A stretch of 64,000 bases of DNA from Nemertoderma westbladi (lineage: Eukaryota; Animalia; Xenacoelomorpha). Location of the stretch: assembly GCA_032718475.1 (NCBI GenBank), contig JAUCBJ010005520.1, forward strand, positions 70,521 to 134,520, in the 5' to 3' direction. The notes below the pieces were generated by a model. The model had not been told where the DNA came from. It made no database searches and worked only from the letters and a program-made list of their open reading frames with translations. Both the position numbers and the translations under genes were made by a program. How positions within the stretch are numbered: the first letter of the stretch is position 1; each line of letters begins with the position of its first letter. Below, piece by piece: positions 9,802-24,068 of this stretch.

Positions 9802-11339
9802 TTGGACTTGTGACCACTGGGTCCACTATGAGTCCATAGCTTTCCAGTTCGCTTCTTGAACTGGGTTCCAGCCGAAAACAATCCATTTGCAGAGATAAGA
9901 TCCTGAAGATGGACGGAATTTCGTAACACTATTGTTATAGACCCAGGGTGATGTAGGTGGTTGATGCAGACTTGCATTAAAGTCTCCCAGGAATGTTAAG
10001 AATGCATGCTGATCCACTCCATCAGTAGCTGCTTGTAGATTGTGGTAGAAATTTTCCACCTCCTCTATAGGGGCAACACTAGTTGGAGAGTAGAACACAA
10101 TTAGAACCACCTTAGGAAACATCTTAGCCAGTCTTCCAGAACATGAGAAGTGGCAACTGATGCATGTGCAGTTGGATTCATAATAGACCAATTCCACCAT
10201 TGCCACTATCATCTGCTGATGCGAGGGTGAGTCGCCAACCGCCCCCCATGCCTTTAATCAGAACCTCATCAATCTGTCCAGTCTGCATTCGGTGCTCTTG
10301 AATTTCCACTGCGCTAAGAGAAAGCTTATCTGCCAAGGCAGTCAGCTCACCTTGTGGAATTGGGGACCTGTGTGTTAGGGTGTTAACTGAGGCTAGTCTA
10401 GTGACTTGCCTCAGATTCACCAATGGCTTAGTTGGTCGGGGTGGAACATGACAGTAGCCTCAAACTCCAGCATCCCTCTCCCCCTCACAATCTGGCTTAC
10501 CTGGTGACCCAGGGTTTCTGCCAGAAAGGTCATCAGGAAAGGGACTCACAGAATTGTTGGCCGCTCTCTCTCCAGAGGGGGTTAGACAGGCAGCCGGTCA
10601 GGAGATAACTGACGCCTGTGAGGCCAATTGTGTGCAGTAATTCCACTGGCCTCAAGTGGCCGGACCTCCGCATTACAAATGTAATCCATAGTGGGGGTTG
10701 GGGGGTGCTTTTTTACTGAGTCAGCTCTCGAGGCAAATACCACACCCTGGTTTGCCATTCCACATGGTGGGTATCGCAGTGGAGTCAGATATGAGGCCCA
10801 TCACCCACACCTACTCTGATGCACATGACTGACCATTGGCTGTGTAGCTCATCTGCTGGGCCATGCCCTGTACCGCTGCTGCCAGGTGCAGGTGCAGGTG
10901 CACTCAGAGTGGATATGAGAACACTCTACTTTGACCAGCCATTGGTAGATCACCCTCTGCCTGGCCAGGCCATATACCCCTGCAGCCAAGTATATGGGTA
11001 CTTAATCCAGGACCAAGGGCATCCTTATCCCAGAACGAAGGGGGTCCTAGTTACAGAACCAGATTTGCCCTAGTAAGAGGGTCTATGCAGCCACAGGTGG
11101 CACCTATTTTATGCTGCATGGAGGTGGCAAGTTTTCTTGATCAATGACCTAGAATACCTGATCTGACCTGTGTAAAGTTGACCCGTGGCTAACAGACAAC
11201 CGTCTATCCTTAAATCTAAAAAAACTCGAAAAATCTAAATCGAAAAAAAAATCTATTTTTTTCAAATAAAAAAGAAACAAAACACAATAACATAAAAATA
11301 CGTAATCAACTAATCAAAAATGTAAATGAAACAAAATTT

Positions 11340-12150
11340 TTAGGAATTTGGTAGACAGAAAGTTATCTTGGAAAATCATTGTGCCTATGTTTTAAAGAAA
11401 ATCCCAAAATCGGCTGGTATATTTTTTAAACTCCGACACTACCTTTTTTAAACTCTACCACTACGTATATTAAAATTACTTTACTGTTCACTGATACAAC
11501 CGTGCATTATTATATATCTGAATATCAGTTAATATCACAAAAGGTACAATATAGGGCATACCAGAATCATGGGGTTAGCTGCGCGAAACAAGCCTTTGTT
11601 ATAAGCAGCACCCTAGGCTATAGTTACCCTAGTCTGACGGTATATTTATACATATTTAGTATACTTTATGTGCTATATGTCAATTATTTAGTGCATATTA
11701 AAAATAACTCCAATAATTTCAACTTCACTAATTATGGTATAGTGATCTGGGGTAACGCTCAATCTATACACACGAAATCTATTAAAATTAAAATAAATAA
11801 ACTAGCCAGAAACCTTCAGTCACTACCATGAACACGCATCGCCACTATACAAACAATTAGATATACTACCGATTGAACAACTGCATTTTCTTGAAACAAC
11901 TAAACTAATGTGGGAAATCCACAATAACAAAAAACACAATTTTATCACTTCGTTGTTTCAACAAAAATCCACTGTACATATTTATACGCCAAGCACAACG
12001 ACAAGCAAAAACTACTATGTACCACGGACCCGAGAAATCATTAAAATATGATGGTGTCATTGTCTGGAACACACTAGATGTAGATATTAAACAAAGTAAA
12101 TCGAAAAAATCATTTTAACAAATTAAAAAACAAACTAATAAATGAGCTAC
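11340..12150 (+). mobile_element. Old CR1-group LINE 3' remnant
   Basis: YGIVIWGNA and other C-terminal RT-like fragments, heavily decayed. Confidence 0.5.
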
Positions 12151-12765
12151 AGTAAGATGAAATATTACGATTTTATTCACTTTCATATCATATCATAAAA
12201 TATATATCCAATATATTAAATTATTAAGTAATTAATTACTTAATTATTATTTTTTTTTATTTTCATTGTTTTTACTTTCTTATGGAATTAAGAATGATAT
12301 TAACAATTATTTTATCGTATCTGTACATTTAATTAACAGGCAATTTTACCGTACCTAATCTAATCTACAAAATGTACATTAATTAATTAAATAAACGAAT
12401 AAAATATAAGTGTTATAATTAATTAAGGTGTACGACCAACTCGGTATAAATAAAAAAAAAAGAAGAGGGGTTGCGTTGGGTTTATCATTATGGTTCTGGA
12501 GTAGGGTGTATCCGAAACCTTTAAGACGAGAAGAAATTGGCGAGTTGGTTTACTAAATCAAAAAAGATCGCAGTTCGCTAATATTGGTTGGAGTCGGCCA
12601 GTCGGGAAATCCGAATGAGCTGGATACCCACTTTTGGTCCGCCCGGATGCTCAAACTATGATAACATAGCCGGCAAACTCGATACTCGGTTGAGCAAACA
12701 CAAATGTATTTGGGTTTAATATATAATAATGTCGTTGACGATTCTCTTCAAGATAGAAAGTACAC

Positions 12766-14010
12766 TCAGCTGTAAGGAGTGAGGAATGTTGTGAGATTTT
12801 GGCTCTCTGGCTCCAGTTCTATTTGCCAGTAACTGTGAGTGGCATCGAACTTGGAGAAATAGTTCATTCCAGATGGTATCGAGATGACAACGTCATGTGG
12901 ACACGGGATTGGGTGGACTGCATGGCAAATAAATTTATTCAGTTTAGTATGGTCCACACAAATTCGAAGTCCACTGGACTTCTTTGAGGTCATGATGAGT
13001 AGTAGGCTGATGAACTCTGTTGGTTCAGCCACTCGTTTAATAATTCCTTTATTTTCCATTTGATCTAAGTTTGCCTTAACTTCATCCCAGTAGGAGAACG
13101 GTAGAGTGCGGTCAGCATGGACAGCATATGGGGTAGATACGCATAGGAGGTCCCTCCATAACAGAGAGGGTGACATCGGGAAAACTTCCATGGAAGATAT
13201 CGGAATACTCATCGAGGAGTTGCATATCGGAATACTCATCGAGGAGTTGCATATCGGAATACTCATCGAGGAGTTCCATAGAGTGGAGTTTGATAAACCC
13301 AAAGGCCAGGTTTGGTATCGATGGAGGTTATAGACAGAATTTGACGGCGATGCGATGTTTAGTTACATAGCAAGGGACCGGGAATTCCAGCAATATTAAA
13401 CCATGGAGTTTACGGAGCTCAAATAGAAAAAGGAATCCAGAGAAGTCCGGTCTCAAGTACGCCATTGTATTAACTGTTCTGTCATAATAGTTTCTATCCA
13501 GATTAATGGAATCCAAACGCTTTAGGGGTGTGGTATTAGCAGCAATATTATCTTTGGTGTTAACGAAACATACAAATTTGTTATGTCTAATGAGCTCTGA
13601 ACAGATAATAGTCATCGGCACCCGTGTTGGCTATTGTATGAGGCGAAAAATAGATACCATGGCAAATAACGGAAACGTTGAACATGAGTTGACGATAGGT
13701 AATGATATTAATAAAGGAGGGGGATTCATAGCGTTTGTGTGGGATTTTATCTCAGAAGTCTCTGTTGTTTCTGAAGTCTCTGACTTACTTTTCATACAAA
13801 TGGGGCGAATGTGCCCTTTGATACTGCATTTGTGACAAATGTTGTCACGGTAGGGGCACTTACTTCATAGGTGGGCAGTCAAGCATTTCCTACAACTTAT
13901 ATTACCGGAAGTTGAAGGGAAGCTTTCTTCTGTGCATTCGCTGGGCAACGAAAATGTCGACCAGTCAGAGAGACATGTCCTAAGGACGTCATCCAAAGAA
14001 GGATCATCGA
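12766..14010 (-). mobile_element. Gypsy/Ty3 remnant (zinc knuckle, RT N-terminal half)
   Basis: LRICVDHTKLN, YFSKFDATHSYWQIEL..TTFLTPY; CHKCSIKGHIRPIC knuckle near 13800-13840. Confidence 0.75.
13197..13277. repeat. 27-bp tandem repeat, three copies
   Basis: atatcggaatactcatcgaggagttgc repeated in tandem. Confidence 0.9.
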
Positions 14011-15128
14011 ATTTTTTGAAAATTCACCAAACCCAAACCCTTATCGGTGTATTTATACCGGTGTATTTGACTTAGGTAGGAGTTATTGGTTACTACGTTT
14101 TGTCCGCAACGTAGTTGCAATGACATTATTGGTATATTGGTGAGATACATAGCATTGCAAGTGTTCGCGCTTTCAGACCTTTAGCAGTTCAACCTGCCAA
14201 ATTTAGGTGTCTTCTAGGTTATAAATCGACTTTAGCCTATGACGAGTATTTGATACACTACATTAGCCGAAGCCAGCCTATGCGCGACCATTCACCCGCT
14301 GGATATACCCGGGAGACTGGATTCGGAAGCTCTGACCTTATTGCGGTGTAGGCCTACTGTATTATTCGACTGATTGTTAATATATAATCCCTGACAAATA
14401 TTATTCACTTTCGGGAAATATTAACAGTTCCTTTAGGACGTGGCGCTCTAAGTATGCAAACAGAGTTATGACTTACACTAAACACAACGGGATGGCTAAT
14501 GATTCACGTATAAAGCGCATTCTTTAGGAGATGCTTTGTTATCTATCACACTCATGCACACTACCGCACAATGCTGCACACCGATCTGCCGACCTTCACT
14601 AATTTTAATCATATATAAGGAGAATGGCAACCGACACATGTAGTGCCTATGAAATAACATTAGATTCACTCCAAAACCAATATAATGTAAGTCGCAATTG
14701 CTATATGTAACCAGTCTCTTACCTTCAGTATATCAAGAAGATTGGGGTTTTATGATTATTTATCGATATTATCCAAATATAACAATATTCCATCAACTGA
14801 TATAATTAATAACCGACAGTAAATAGCAGTAAAATAATGCGGTGTTTGTATGTGACCAGGTTTGTTATGAGTTCGTTAGATAGAGTTGATTTGATAACAG
14901 TTATACGTTTCTATGATCAAAGCCGTTCTAATGTTTGGCTAAAGTCTGAAACACAGAATAATTCCACAGCCGGTGTTCTAGGCTTAGGAAAAATACACAC
15001 TGACACATACTGATTTGCCTAGCAGGTTTACCTAGGCTCAGTTTGTACATACAAAGAAAATCGCTCTGATTGGCTGAATTGGCTGAGCCGAACAAAGAAC
15101 CAAAGCTCCTTGCAAAAAGCTCCACGTG

Positions 15129-18100
15129 TGTTAGCTTATCCAATTCCACTAACACCCCACAAAGTAAGCCGTTAAGCAATATTGGGGGCCACGAAGTTGA
15201 TTACCCAACCTCGTGCCACCCCAACAAAGTGGGAAGGAGAAACACACAATAGGGGTCAGGGGCCATACCCCTGACAGAGAGAGAATAGCAGGAGTGAGGG
15301 GAAACACTCCAAAGGGCGCCAACAGGGATATTAGCCAATGGGGGGAAGGCACCGGCTAGGTACTGTAACAACGGCCAAACCGTGCAATATATATTACCTG
15401 TCATCATGTTATTGTAGTTAGTTATTTCATTCTGTTAGTCGGTTAGCTAGGGTAGAGCGGTGACTTTTAATACCGTCCCCGTCTACTGCCATTATTAGTA
15501 TTCAGTACATACCGTAAATTAATCAGTTATCTCATTCTATACACTATATCCATTTGACGTTTATATCATACATATATCGGAGAATTAATAACATCAGGAC
15601 TCTCAAAACAATCTTTTCACATACACACGGCGGGGACGCGTAATTACAACAACCGGATAAACCGGGATCCTCCTAGGATCCCGTCACAGTATTAGAACTA
15701 AAATCTACCAGCCACCGATCTAAAGCAAAGATAAGATGAGCGACATAACGCCAATGCGGACCCCGGACGAAGACCTAACGATCCGCGAGGCCGCGACCAG
15801 ACGGTATAGGCCCACGACGCCGGACCCATCGGTAATGGGCCATCCGGCAGTTCAGGATGAGGGGGGCCGTCTGGAACCAGAGGTCGAGTCGAGTGGAGGG
15901 GGAGTCGAGTCGAGAGAAAGAGAAAGCGAGATGGGAGAGGAAGAGGACGAGTCGACACGGAGCGGGGGTCGACGTACCGATGTCGCCGGCCAGCCACAGG
16001 CCGAGGGCGACGGACGGCCCACCGGAACGGCGACGGTGGGGCCGCCGGTACGACGTCGGACCCGGAGAGATGGAGGAGAGGTCGGCGACGAGGACGTCGG
16101 GGTTTCTGATCGACTTCGACGGGCCTACAACGCGACCCGGAAGCTACTTAAGGAGGCCAAGGAGGGGGCGAGGATAGACGAGGTAAAGTTGACAACAGGA
16201 CTAGGTGAGTCGGATAAACATTTTAGTTATCTAATGCGCTTCGGGCAGAGAGAACTGGCCAAGGAGAGAGCGAGAGGGGTTGCCGAGGAACTGTGTGATT
16301 TATGGCGGTGTAGGGGTATGCAACCTAGCGTAGTGTACATAGGGCCATACTTAGTCGATGCCCGGGGAATAAAATTAGTGGGTTGGAGGAGACCTGAGGA
16401 GGGCGAATCCGAGGTTAACCCCGAGGATTCGGTCTCGTCGGTCGGAGGAAGTTCTGGGAGGAGGGGGAAAGTTAGTAGATCGGGAAGGCGGAGGGAATCC
16501 GTCACAACCGATAAGTCTGCTACATCCTCCGTAAAAGAAAGACGGGTGAGAGAGATAAATGCGACATACCATCTCGATCTGATAGCGCAAGGTCAGAGAG
16601 AAGTAAAGAGACGGTTAGAGGAGGGGAGAATGCTACTAGAGAAGGAAATGAAACTGATTAGAGAAACCGGAGAGAGGGCCGAAAGGGCCGCGAAAAGCTT
16701 TAGGGAGTGTGAGGAAATAGGGAGGAAGGAACAAGAGGAGCGTGAGGCGAGAGAGCAGAGTGAACGCAAGGAGCGTGAGGCGAGAGAGGAAAATGAACGC
16801 AAAGAGCGTGAGGCGGAACGCAAGGAACGTGAGGCGAGGGAGAAAAGTGAACGCAAAGAGCGTGAGGCGAGGGAGGAAAGTGAACGCAAAGAGCGTGAGG
16901 CGAGACGAAGGGAGGGAGCTAGGAGAGAGGCGGAATTGGCCGACCAGAACGCACGGGAGGGTCGGGAGAGAATGGCAAGAGAGGAGCGTGAGCGAAAAGA
17001 ATTGGAAAGACGCCTAAGCGAGCTTATAGAGTACGAAACTAGACACACGCGCGAACTGGAACTGGCGCGGATAGGGGTGTCAGAGAGCGGGGCTGACTCG
17101 AATGTTTTCGAGGAGCCAAGGGCCGTGGATACATTTATTAATACCCCACTTACAGGGACCGCACGACAGACCCGAAACTGGTGTGACCGTACGGGCGGGG
17201 GGGGGGGGGGGGGGTAATAATAATACTACAGTAGACGACGTTAATATTAATAGTACCGTATTGGATAATCCTAACCAAGCCTTTATTGCAGGAAATACTT
17301 TACCTAGTAGTAGTAATTTAAATTTAAATACAAATAATCTAAATAATAATTTCAATTTAAACGTGCAAAATAACCCGAATAGTAATTTAAATTTAGAAAA
17401 TAATAATAACTCAAATAATTTAAATAATGATCCAAACCCGAATTTACAAAATAATTCAAATAGTGTAGTCGCGCAAAATAATTCAAATGATTTTATTTCG
17501 AACGAACAAAATAATTCCGTTTCTAATATGGGTGCTATTAACGTGAACGCGTCGGACGTGTATAACCCGACAGACGGCGGCCTGGTAGGCCACGTAGTTG
17601 GTAGGCAGGGGGTGCCGGGGTTGAGTCGACCCGACGGCGGCCTGGTAGGCCACGTAGTTAGTAGGCAGGGGGTGGCGGGGTTGAGTCAACCCGAGGGGGG
17701 CCTGGTAGGCCAGGTGGCAGTAGAGAGAGAAGCGGGGGTGAATAGACCTAGCCGCAGTGGAAACATTGTGTCGACTGGAGAGGGGTGTAGAAGTGAAGTA
17801 AGAGGTAGCGGCGTGATATGTGGCGAGTGGGGGGGGGGCTACAGGAGCCCCGCAACGAGAAGTTAGTGGCGAGCGGGGGGGGGGCTACAGGAGCCCCACA
17901 GCGAGAAGTTAGTGGCGAGAGGGGGGGGGGCAGAGAGTGTCCCACAGGCGTCGGCGGATAATGCGCGGGCCGAATCAGGTAAACCGCAACACCCGGCGAC
18001 GGAGAGTAGATAGGGGGATTGCGAGTATCCCCAGCGGCGTGCGATCGAGCAGAGAGAGGCAGGTTGACGTCGCGAGAGGGCGGACGAAGCGTCGAGCCCG

Positions 18101-21100
18101 ATCAGAAGAGGGAAGAAGAACAGTGGAGTTTAACCGGGAGGTCGACGAGAGATCTCACGAGCGGGAATACTGCACTGACAGGAGAAGAAGGGAAGAGAGT
18201 AGAAGAAGTGTCGCCGCGAACGACAGGAGAGCGAGAACGGATAGCGAGCCGTCGGTAGTAGAGATGGAGATGGAGAGTCAGCAGGGTCGAACCTCGGGAG
18301 ATTGCCGTCGCCCCGGAGGAACGCGACCTGACGAGGCGTATTGCGCGCAGAGAGAGGGGTACGGGATGTACCGGCACGAGAGCGAGAGTAGTAGAGGGGG
18401 TCGAAGAGAAACTTTCCGACGGGAAATACCTACCGATCGAGAATACGGTAGCCGCGGGGAGGATTATTCGAGAAGAATAAACTTCGATCCCGAGCGACAC
18501 ATACAGACTGTAGGACGTACTGTAGGCCTTACTGCACATACTATAGGCCATGCTGACAGGAATAATGTAGGCGATAGGATAGCGCGGACGACGGAATTAA
18601 ACCCGGAAGTCGCGGAGTACATACCGGCAGGTAGGCCAGAAGCTGATAGGCCTATACCGGTACCAGTACAGCAGTATGACTACAGCATGCAAGGACATAA
18701 CATATACCCAGGGGAGGGGGGAATTATTGCGGATAGGTGCATGGGCCCCAATATATTAACATCAACCCCAGTACCAAACATACCGGTGGGGGGGGGGGGG
18801 GGGGGGCAGGGTGACATTCCCCCATCACAATATCAACAATATACCCCAATAGGAGCAAGAACAACGAACCCCTTGGATGGAAATAGGTCATGCGACACAG
18901 AAATATGGAGGGGGCCGCTACCCCCAATGATATACCCAAGCCAGAGGAAGGCAGGAAATAGGACGGACGGACCGCACCTAACAGGAGAAACTATACAACA
19001 TCCATCGAACCCATTGGAAGCGCAGGCGATGGGAATGGCCACGTTAATAGATGCGTTAAAAACTAGGATCAAGCTACCACCCGTGGAACCATTCAAATTC
19101 GATGGGAGCAGGCCGGAAGAATACCTACAGTTTCGGCGCATGTATAGCAACGAAATACTAACAAAGAACTTGACGCAGGCGGAGTGCCTAAAGTATCTGC
19201 AAGTATATACAGGAGGCCCAGCATACGACATCGTGAGGCAATACCAGGGCATAGAGGGCGGCTTCACGATGGCATGGCGGGCACTGGACAGGGAATACGG
19301 GCACCCGGCCAAGATCATCCGGCAAACCCTGAGAGGCATAACATCGGGTGGCCTACAGGATAATCCCGTTAGCATTAAGACGTTCGCGAACAAGGTCGAA
19401 AAGGCGCTAATCGTACTGAAAACGCTAGACGCGCCATACGAGCTCAACGCATCCAACAACATAACCACGATAGCGCAGGCACTACCGATGTGGCTGCGCA
19501 ACAAGTGGAGGAAGATCGCTTTCTCCACTCGAGATAGGAAGGGTGCGGAACCGGGTTTAGAAGAAATGTCGAGCTTCTTAAACTAAGAAGCTGAATTAAT
19601 AACCGACCCAGTCTATAGTGAGGACAGCCTGGGAAAGGGACCAAGAACAGATTACCATAGACCGAAGCCGGAACACAACACGTCAAACGCATTGCCGAAG
19701 CTCAGGCAATCACTGCCATACGCAGCGACGCAGGGGACTGCTAGTCCACAGGTAGCCGGGGGTGAGACCACATCATGGAGTGGACAGGGGAAAAATAACA
19801 ACACAAACAAACATGACCCTAGTACGCCCAGTAGGCCGAACCCAAACAATAAGAATAGTAGGGACTTTGGTACAAATGCAACCGCGATACGCAATGCATT
19901 GTATAAGGACGGCTACGACCCAAAGAGCAAATGCCAGCTACATACAAATGCGCTCCATCAGACCATGAACTGCAGGTACTGGCAAGCATTACCCAGGGAA
20001 GATCAAGTAGAATACGCGGCGAGAAATGAGATCTGCTCGCGATGTGTGATGAGTGGACATAGAGCTAGACAATGCGAGGAAACACCGATTAAGTTCGGTC
20101 AAAGTAAAGGCCAAGCGATGGCAACGAGCACAGTAGGGGCGAAGAAGAGAGGAACGGTACTACTTGGGGTAGTACCAGTGCGAGTAATCGGGGAAGGCAA
20201 CCGATCAGTGACCACACTTATGCTGGTCGACAGTGGAGCTGCCTTCACATTAGTCGAGAATTGGGTGGCCGAGGAGATAGGATTGAGAACGAGGCCAAGT
20301 AGAATGGCGGTAACAACAATTTCTAGCAAAGATGAGGTCCTGGAGATGAGGACCGGACGGTGCACGATTGCAGCGGTGGCACCGGGATGCGACTACGGGG
20401 CGACCATCGACCCCATCCAAGTGATAGAGTCAATAAATATCAATGCCAGGCGGCCAACCAACATCGAGGTCGAACAATATAAATTCCTGGATGATATCAA
20501 CTTCTCAATCCCAGAGGTGGACGTTAGGAAGGTATCCATTATAGTAGGAATGGACTGTCTGACGGCCCACGAAAGAATGCGAACGGTCTTCGGCGAAGAC
20601 AAGCAGTGTGACCCGGTGGCAATATTGACACCATTCGGGTGGACGCTGAGTGGCCCAATCAAGAGTAAGATACCATTTAGGATGTTGGAGACATCAGGAT
20701 GCATGTTCGCGGGAACTATGCGAGAAATGGAGGATGAGGGAGCAGAGGAGCAGCTCAGGAGACTGCTCAGGCAGGATTTTGAAGGATTAAAGGAGACCGG
20801 GGTCGGAACCTCGGTAGAAGATATACCATAGGGATGGTATGGAAGCTACCGAAGCTACCGCTACCCGATAATAGAGGGATGGTACTCACGAGGCTTCGTA
20901 AGTTAAAGCAGACACTAAAATGGAGCCCCGAGAAGAATGAGTACGTCCACAGAACGATTAAGAAGTACGTCGAGAAAGGATGGGCCGTGGAGTTACCGGT
21001 CGACGAACCAAGCACGGACAGGACATATTACCTACCACTCCACGTGGCTTTAGATCCAAAGAAAGGTAAACTGCGGATGGTAGTTGACGCATCGGCCAAA

Positions 21101-22464
21101 ACCAACGGAAAATGCCTAAACGACAATCTGCTGGAGGGTCCCAATATCTACAACTCGGGGATCGAGGTCCTACTTAGATTCAGGAATGGAAAACACGCCT
21201 TCACCTGTGATATAGAAGGCATGTTCAACCAAGTCCGTGTAACGGAAGAAGATAGCGATAGCCAACGCTTCTTATGGTACAACGGCGATGAAGAACCGTC
21301 GATTATACCGACGTACAAGATGATAGTACAGAACATGGGAGCCAAGTCGTCTTCATTTACGACGACTATGGCAGTAAGAGACACAGTGAAGGGCAAGGAG
21401 GATAGATACAGCACTAGGGCCGTCGATATGATTCGACGCGGCTTCTACGTAGACGACGGAATGGAGTCTGGAAATACGGTTAAGGAGATATTGGACACAG
21501 GGCGCAGGGTGAGATAGGGCGAGATATGAGTAATAGAGCGTGGAGTGCGGAGTGTGGAGAGGGCGTGGGCGCAATTCAAATGTGGGGGGGGGGGGGGGAG
21601 AAGTAAGAGGCGGAGTGAGGGACGAGGAGGTCCGAGAGTATGCGAGAGTTAGGGTGAGAGCGGAGGAGAGTCAGGGAGAAAGTGTTGGGGAAACAAAATC
21701 GTATGAGAGGAGCGCACGATCGGCCCGACATGGGACGCCAGGCGAACAGGGTAGCATTATCATGCCCATAGGGAGCGGCCTGGAAAGCCGGCTCCGAGAG
21801 AAAACAGGCCCACCCCACACCCGATACTAGATCGGGATCCAACGGAATTGTAGCGCACTTGAGGAGGATGCTATCTTCTCACCGGGAAGATAGCATGGGG
21901 GGAGTGTTAGCTTATCCAATTCCGCTAACACCCCACAAAGTAAGCCATTAAGCAATATTGGGGGCCACGAAGTTGATTACCCAACCTCGTGCCACCCCAA
22001 CAAAGTGGGAAGGAGAAACACACAATAGGGGTCAGGGGCCATACCCCTGACAGAGAGAGAATAGCAGGAGTGAGGGGAAACACTCCAAAGGGCGCCAACA
22101 GGGATATTAGCCAATGGGGGGAAGGCACCGGCTAGGTACTGTAACAACGGCCAAACCGTGCAATATATATTACCTGTCATCATGTTATTGTAGTTAGTTA
22201 TTTCATTCTGTTAGTCGGTTAGCTAGGGTAGAGCGGTGACTTTTAATACCGTCCCCGTCTACTGCCATTATTAGCATTCAGTACATACCGTAAATTAATC
22301 AGTTATCTCATTCTATACACTATATCCATTTGACGTTTATATCATACATATATCGGAGAATTAATAACATCAGGACTCTCAAAACGATCTTTTCACATAC
22401 ACACGGCGGGGACGCGTAATTACAACAACCAGATAAACCGGGATCCTCCTAGGATCCCGTCACA
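15129..22464 (+). mobile_element. BEL/Pao LTR retrotransposon, element 2 (internally deleted after the RT YVDD motif)
   Basis: 560-bp LTRs at 15129-15688 and 21905-22464 (five substitutions seen); TSD ACGTG at 15124-15128 and 22465-22469; PPT at 21895-21904. Confidence 0.95.
15736..21517 (+). pseudogene. Gag-protease-partial RT polyprotein of element 2, interrupted
   Basis: Gag extension 15736-17866; Gag 17937-19586 ends in TAA where element 1 has Tyr; protease LVDSGA; BEL RT YYLPLH..KLRMVVDAS..CDIEGMFNQV..QRFLW..FYVDD. No RNase H or intact integrase follows. Confidence 0.9.
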
Positions 22465-23080
22465 ACGTGGATACAGCTGATAGATGTCGTCATCTGAGTT
22501 CCGATGTTTAGAGTATTTGAGCTTATTGCGGAGAAAAATGGCTTTTTATGTCCGCTAAAGCACACATGCAGACATAGCGGGCAAAATCGCTTGTTATGTC
22601 CGCTAAAATACCTACTCGGTATATTGCGGAGAAAAATAGCTTGTTACATCCGCAAAAGCTTTTACAGCAAGTCACAAAACAATCTTATTATTCACGACAC
22701 TTCCTCTGGGGTCTATCCATATCGCTCGACTGGTTCATCCGACAGTACTAGACTATACTATAGATTAGACAATACTAGATATACACTCTGAAATCGATTA
22801 GTACGATTTCGACTTCTCACCACCTGACAAAATCTACTAACATTTATTGTAATGTATTACTTCAGTTGGAAAATATCGGAATTATTGAGCAAACAAACAC
22901 ATATTACAAGTAAACATGGATTTTTTAAATTATATGAAATGGACTTAACTGTATAAATTTAGTTGTTAATGTTGTAACAAGTTAGGAACTTGACTAACTT
23001 GCTGGTTAGGAACGACAATTTATTTTTCAATTTTCCTCGGGCCCAATTCTTTTATTGTTTGGTGGGTAAGTGTCATTGGA

Positions 23081-23175
23081 GGGCAATTGTTTTCGGGGGA
23101 CAACTGTCCGGCAGGCAATAGTCCGGGGGCAATTGTCCGGTGGCAATTGTCCGGGGGGTGGGGGGCAATTGTCCT
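23081..23175. repeat. Short GGGCAATTGTCC-type repeat cluster, probably MITE-derived; similar cluster at 51115-51242
   Basis: About six degenerate copies visible. Confidence 0.6.
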
Positions 23176-23577
23176 GTCACTAATTGCCACATGGTGTTTG
23201 ACTTATTATTACTTTGAATCAACTTGTAAGGTACCTAATCAGGTATTGGTTCACCATTGTCTTGTGAAATTGTTAAAAAATGCTGTATGATGCTGCATAT
23301 ACAATATACATACATAATATCCATATATCACAATCCCTCAGATCATATTGGCTTTTGTTTTATAATCTATCGGTTATATTTCTAAAACCTGGTATTCATT
23401 CATAAGATGTGATCTGCATAATCATATTCAGTTCACCATCATGAATTGTTTTATCTTATTATATATTAGACAACCTGAATGATAAACACAATACAAATTT
23501 CATATAATTTCTTAAAAAATTTCCAATTTCGATACTTTCATATATAATACTCATTATTATTATTATACAAAATAATT

Positions 23578-23810
23578 ATGGAACTACTCTCCCAACTCAT
23601 CCACACCATTCTGCGAGCTGCGATAATTTTCTACACAGTAAATGAGTTCCATCTCCAATGCGTTCATGGTAATGAAGTCGATTGTCACAGAGACATTACA
23701 TATGGGCAAGGTCGTTATGGGTTCAAAGCGCACCATAAGTTGGTGAACCACGACATTAAAACTATCGATAAACAAGTTTCAAGAATCAATTGTGCTGGAC
23801 TGTGTTCAAG
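23578..23810 (+). CDS. Host gene exon 1: signal-like N-terminus and first half of a PAN/Apple domain
   Basis: ATG..HDIKTIDKQVSRINCAGLCS, donor AG|GTAGGT, phase 2, which joins in frame to 45785. Confidence 0.75.
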
Positions 23811-23886
23811 GTAGGTTGCACCAATATCACATCATTATTATAATATATTATTATTAATATCATATCATGTGATAGACAGAATATTT

Positions 23887-24068
23887 AGGTGTGGTATTTG
23901 CCCTGTGAGCTGACTCTGCAAAAAAAAGCACCCCCAACCCCCACTATGGATTACATTAGTAATGCTGAGGTCCGGCCACTAGAGGCCAGTGGAATTACCG
24001 GACACAATTGGCCTCACAGGCGTCAGTTATCTCCTGACGGCTGCCTGTCTCACCCCCTACTGGAGAGA
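23887..24068 (+). mobile_element. Fragment of the 5' region of the same RTE family
   Basis: Close match to the reverse complement of about 10565-10747. Confidence 0.85.

Larger units (their letters stand above)
190..11210 (-). mobile_element. Decayed RTE-type non-LTR retrotransposon (APE endonuclease + RT), split at 2197/9806 by a BEL/Pao insertion
   Basis: Frameshifted fragments: EN (QEHR 10178-10423, YSPT..LGDFNA 9826-10212, SDHR 1746-2165), RT (IAAKLYNRILLNRI, QNGFR, FVDF..AFDSV, GVLQGD 915-1349) and C-terminus (KVRLFRAAVVPVLHYGS..W 58-639). The uninterrupted junction (ggtcacaagtcccagatagacc) is seen in the sister copy near 53025. Both outer ends are approximate. Confidence 0.85.

Noticed and set aside
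11030-11210. Possible HDV-like ribozyme at the RTE 5' end (GCCACCTCC motif)
   Set aside because: I could not build the P1/P2/P3/P1.1 nested pseudoknot by eye; it needs a descriptor or covariance-model search.
17196-17215. Programmed frameshift at long G runs
   Set aside because: Long G/C homopolymers occur throughout the window with inconsistent lengths, so slippage or sequencing error is simpler.
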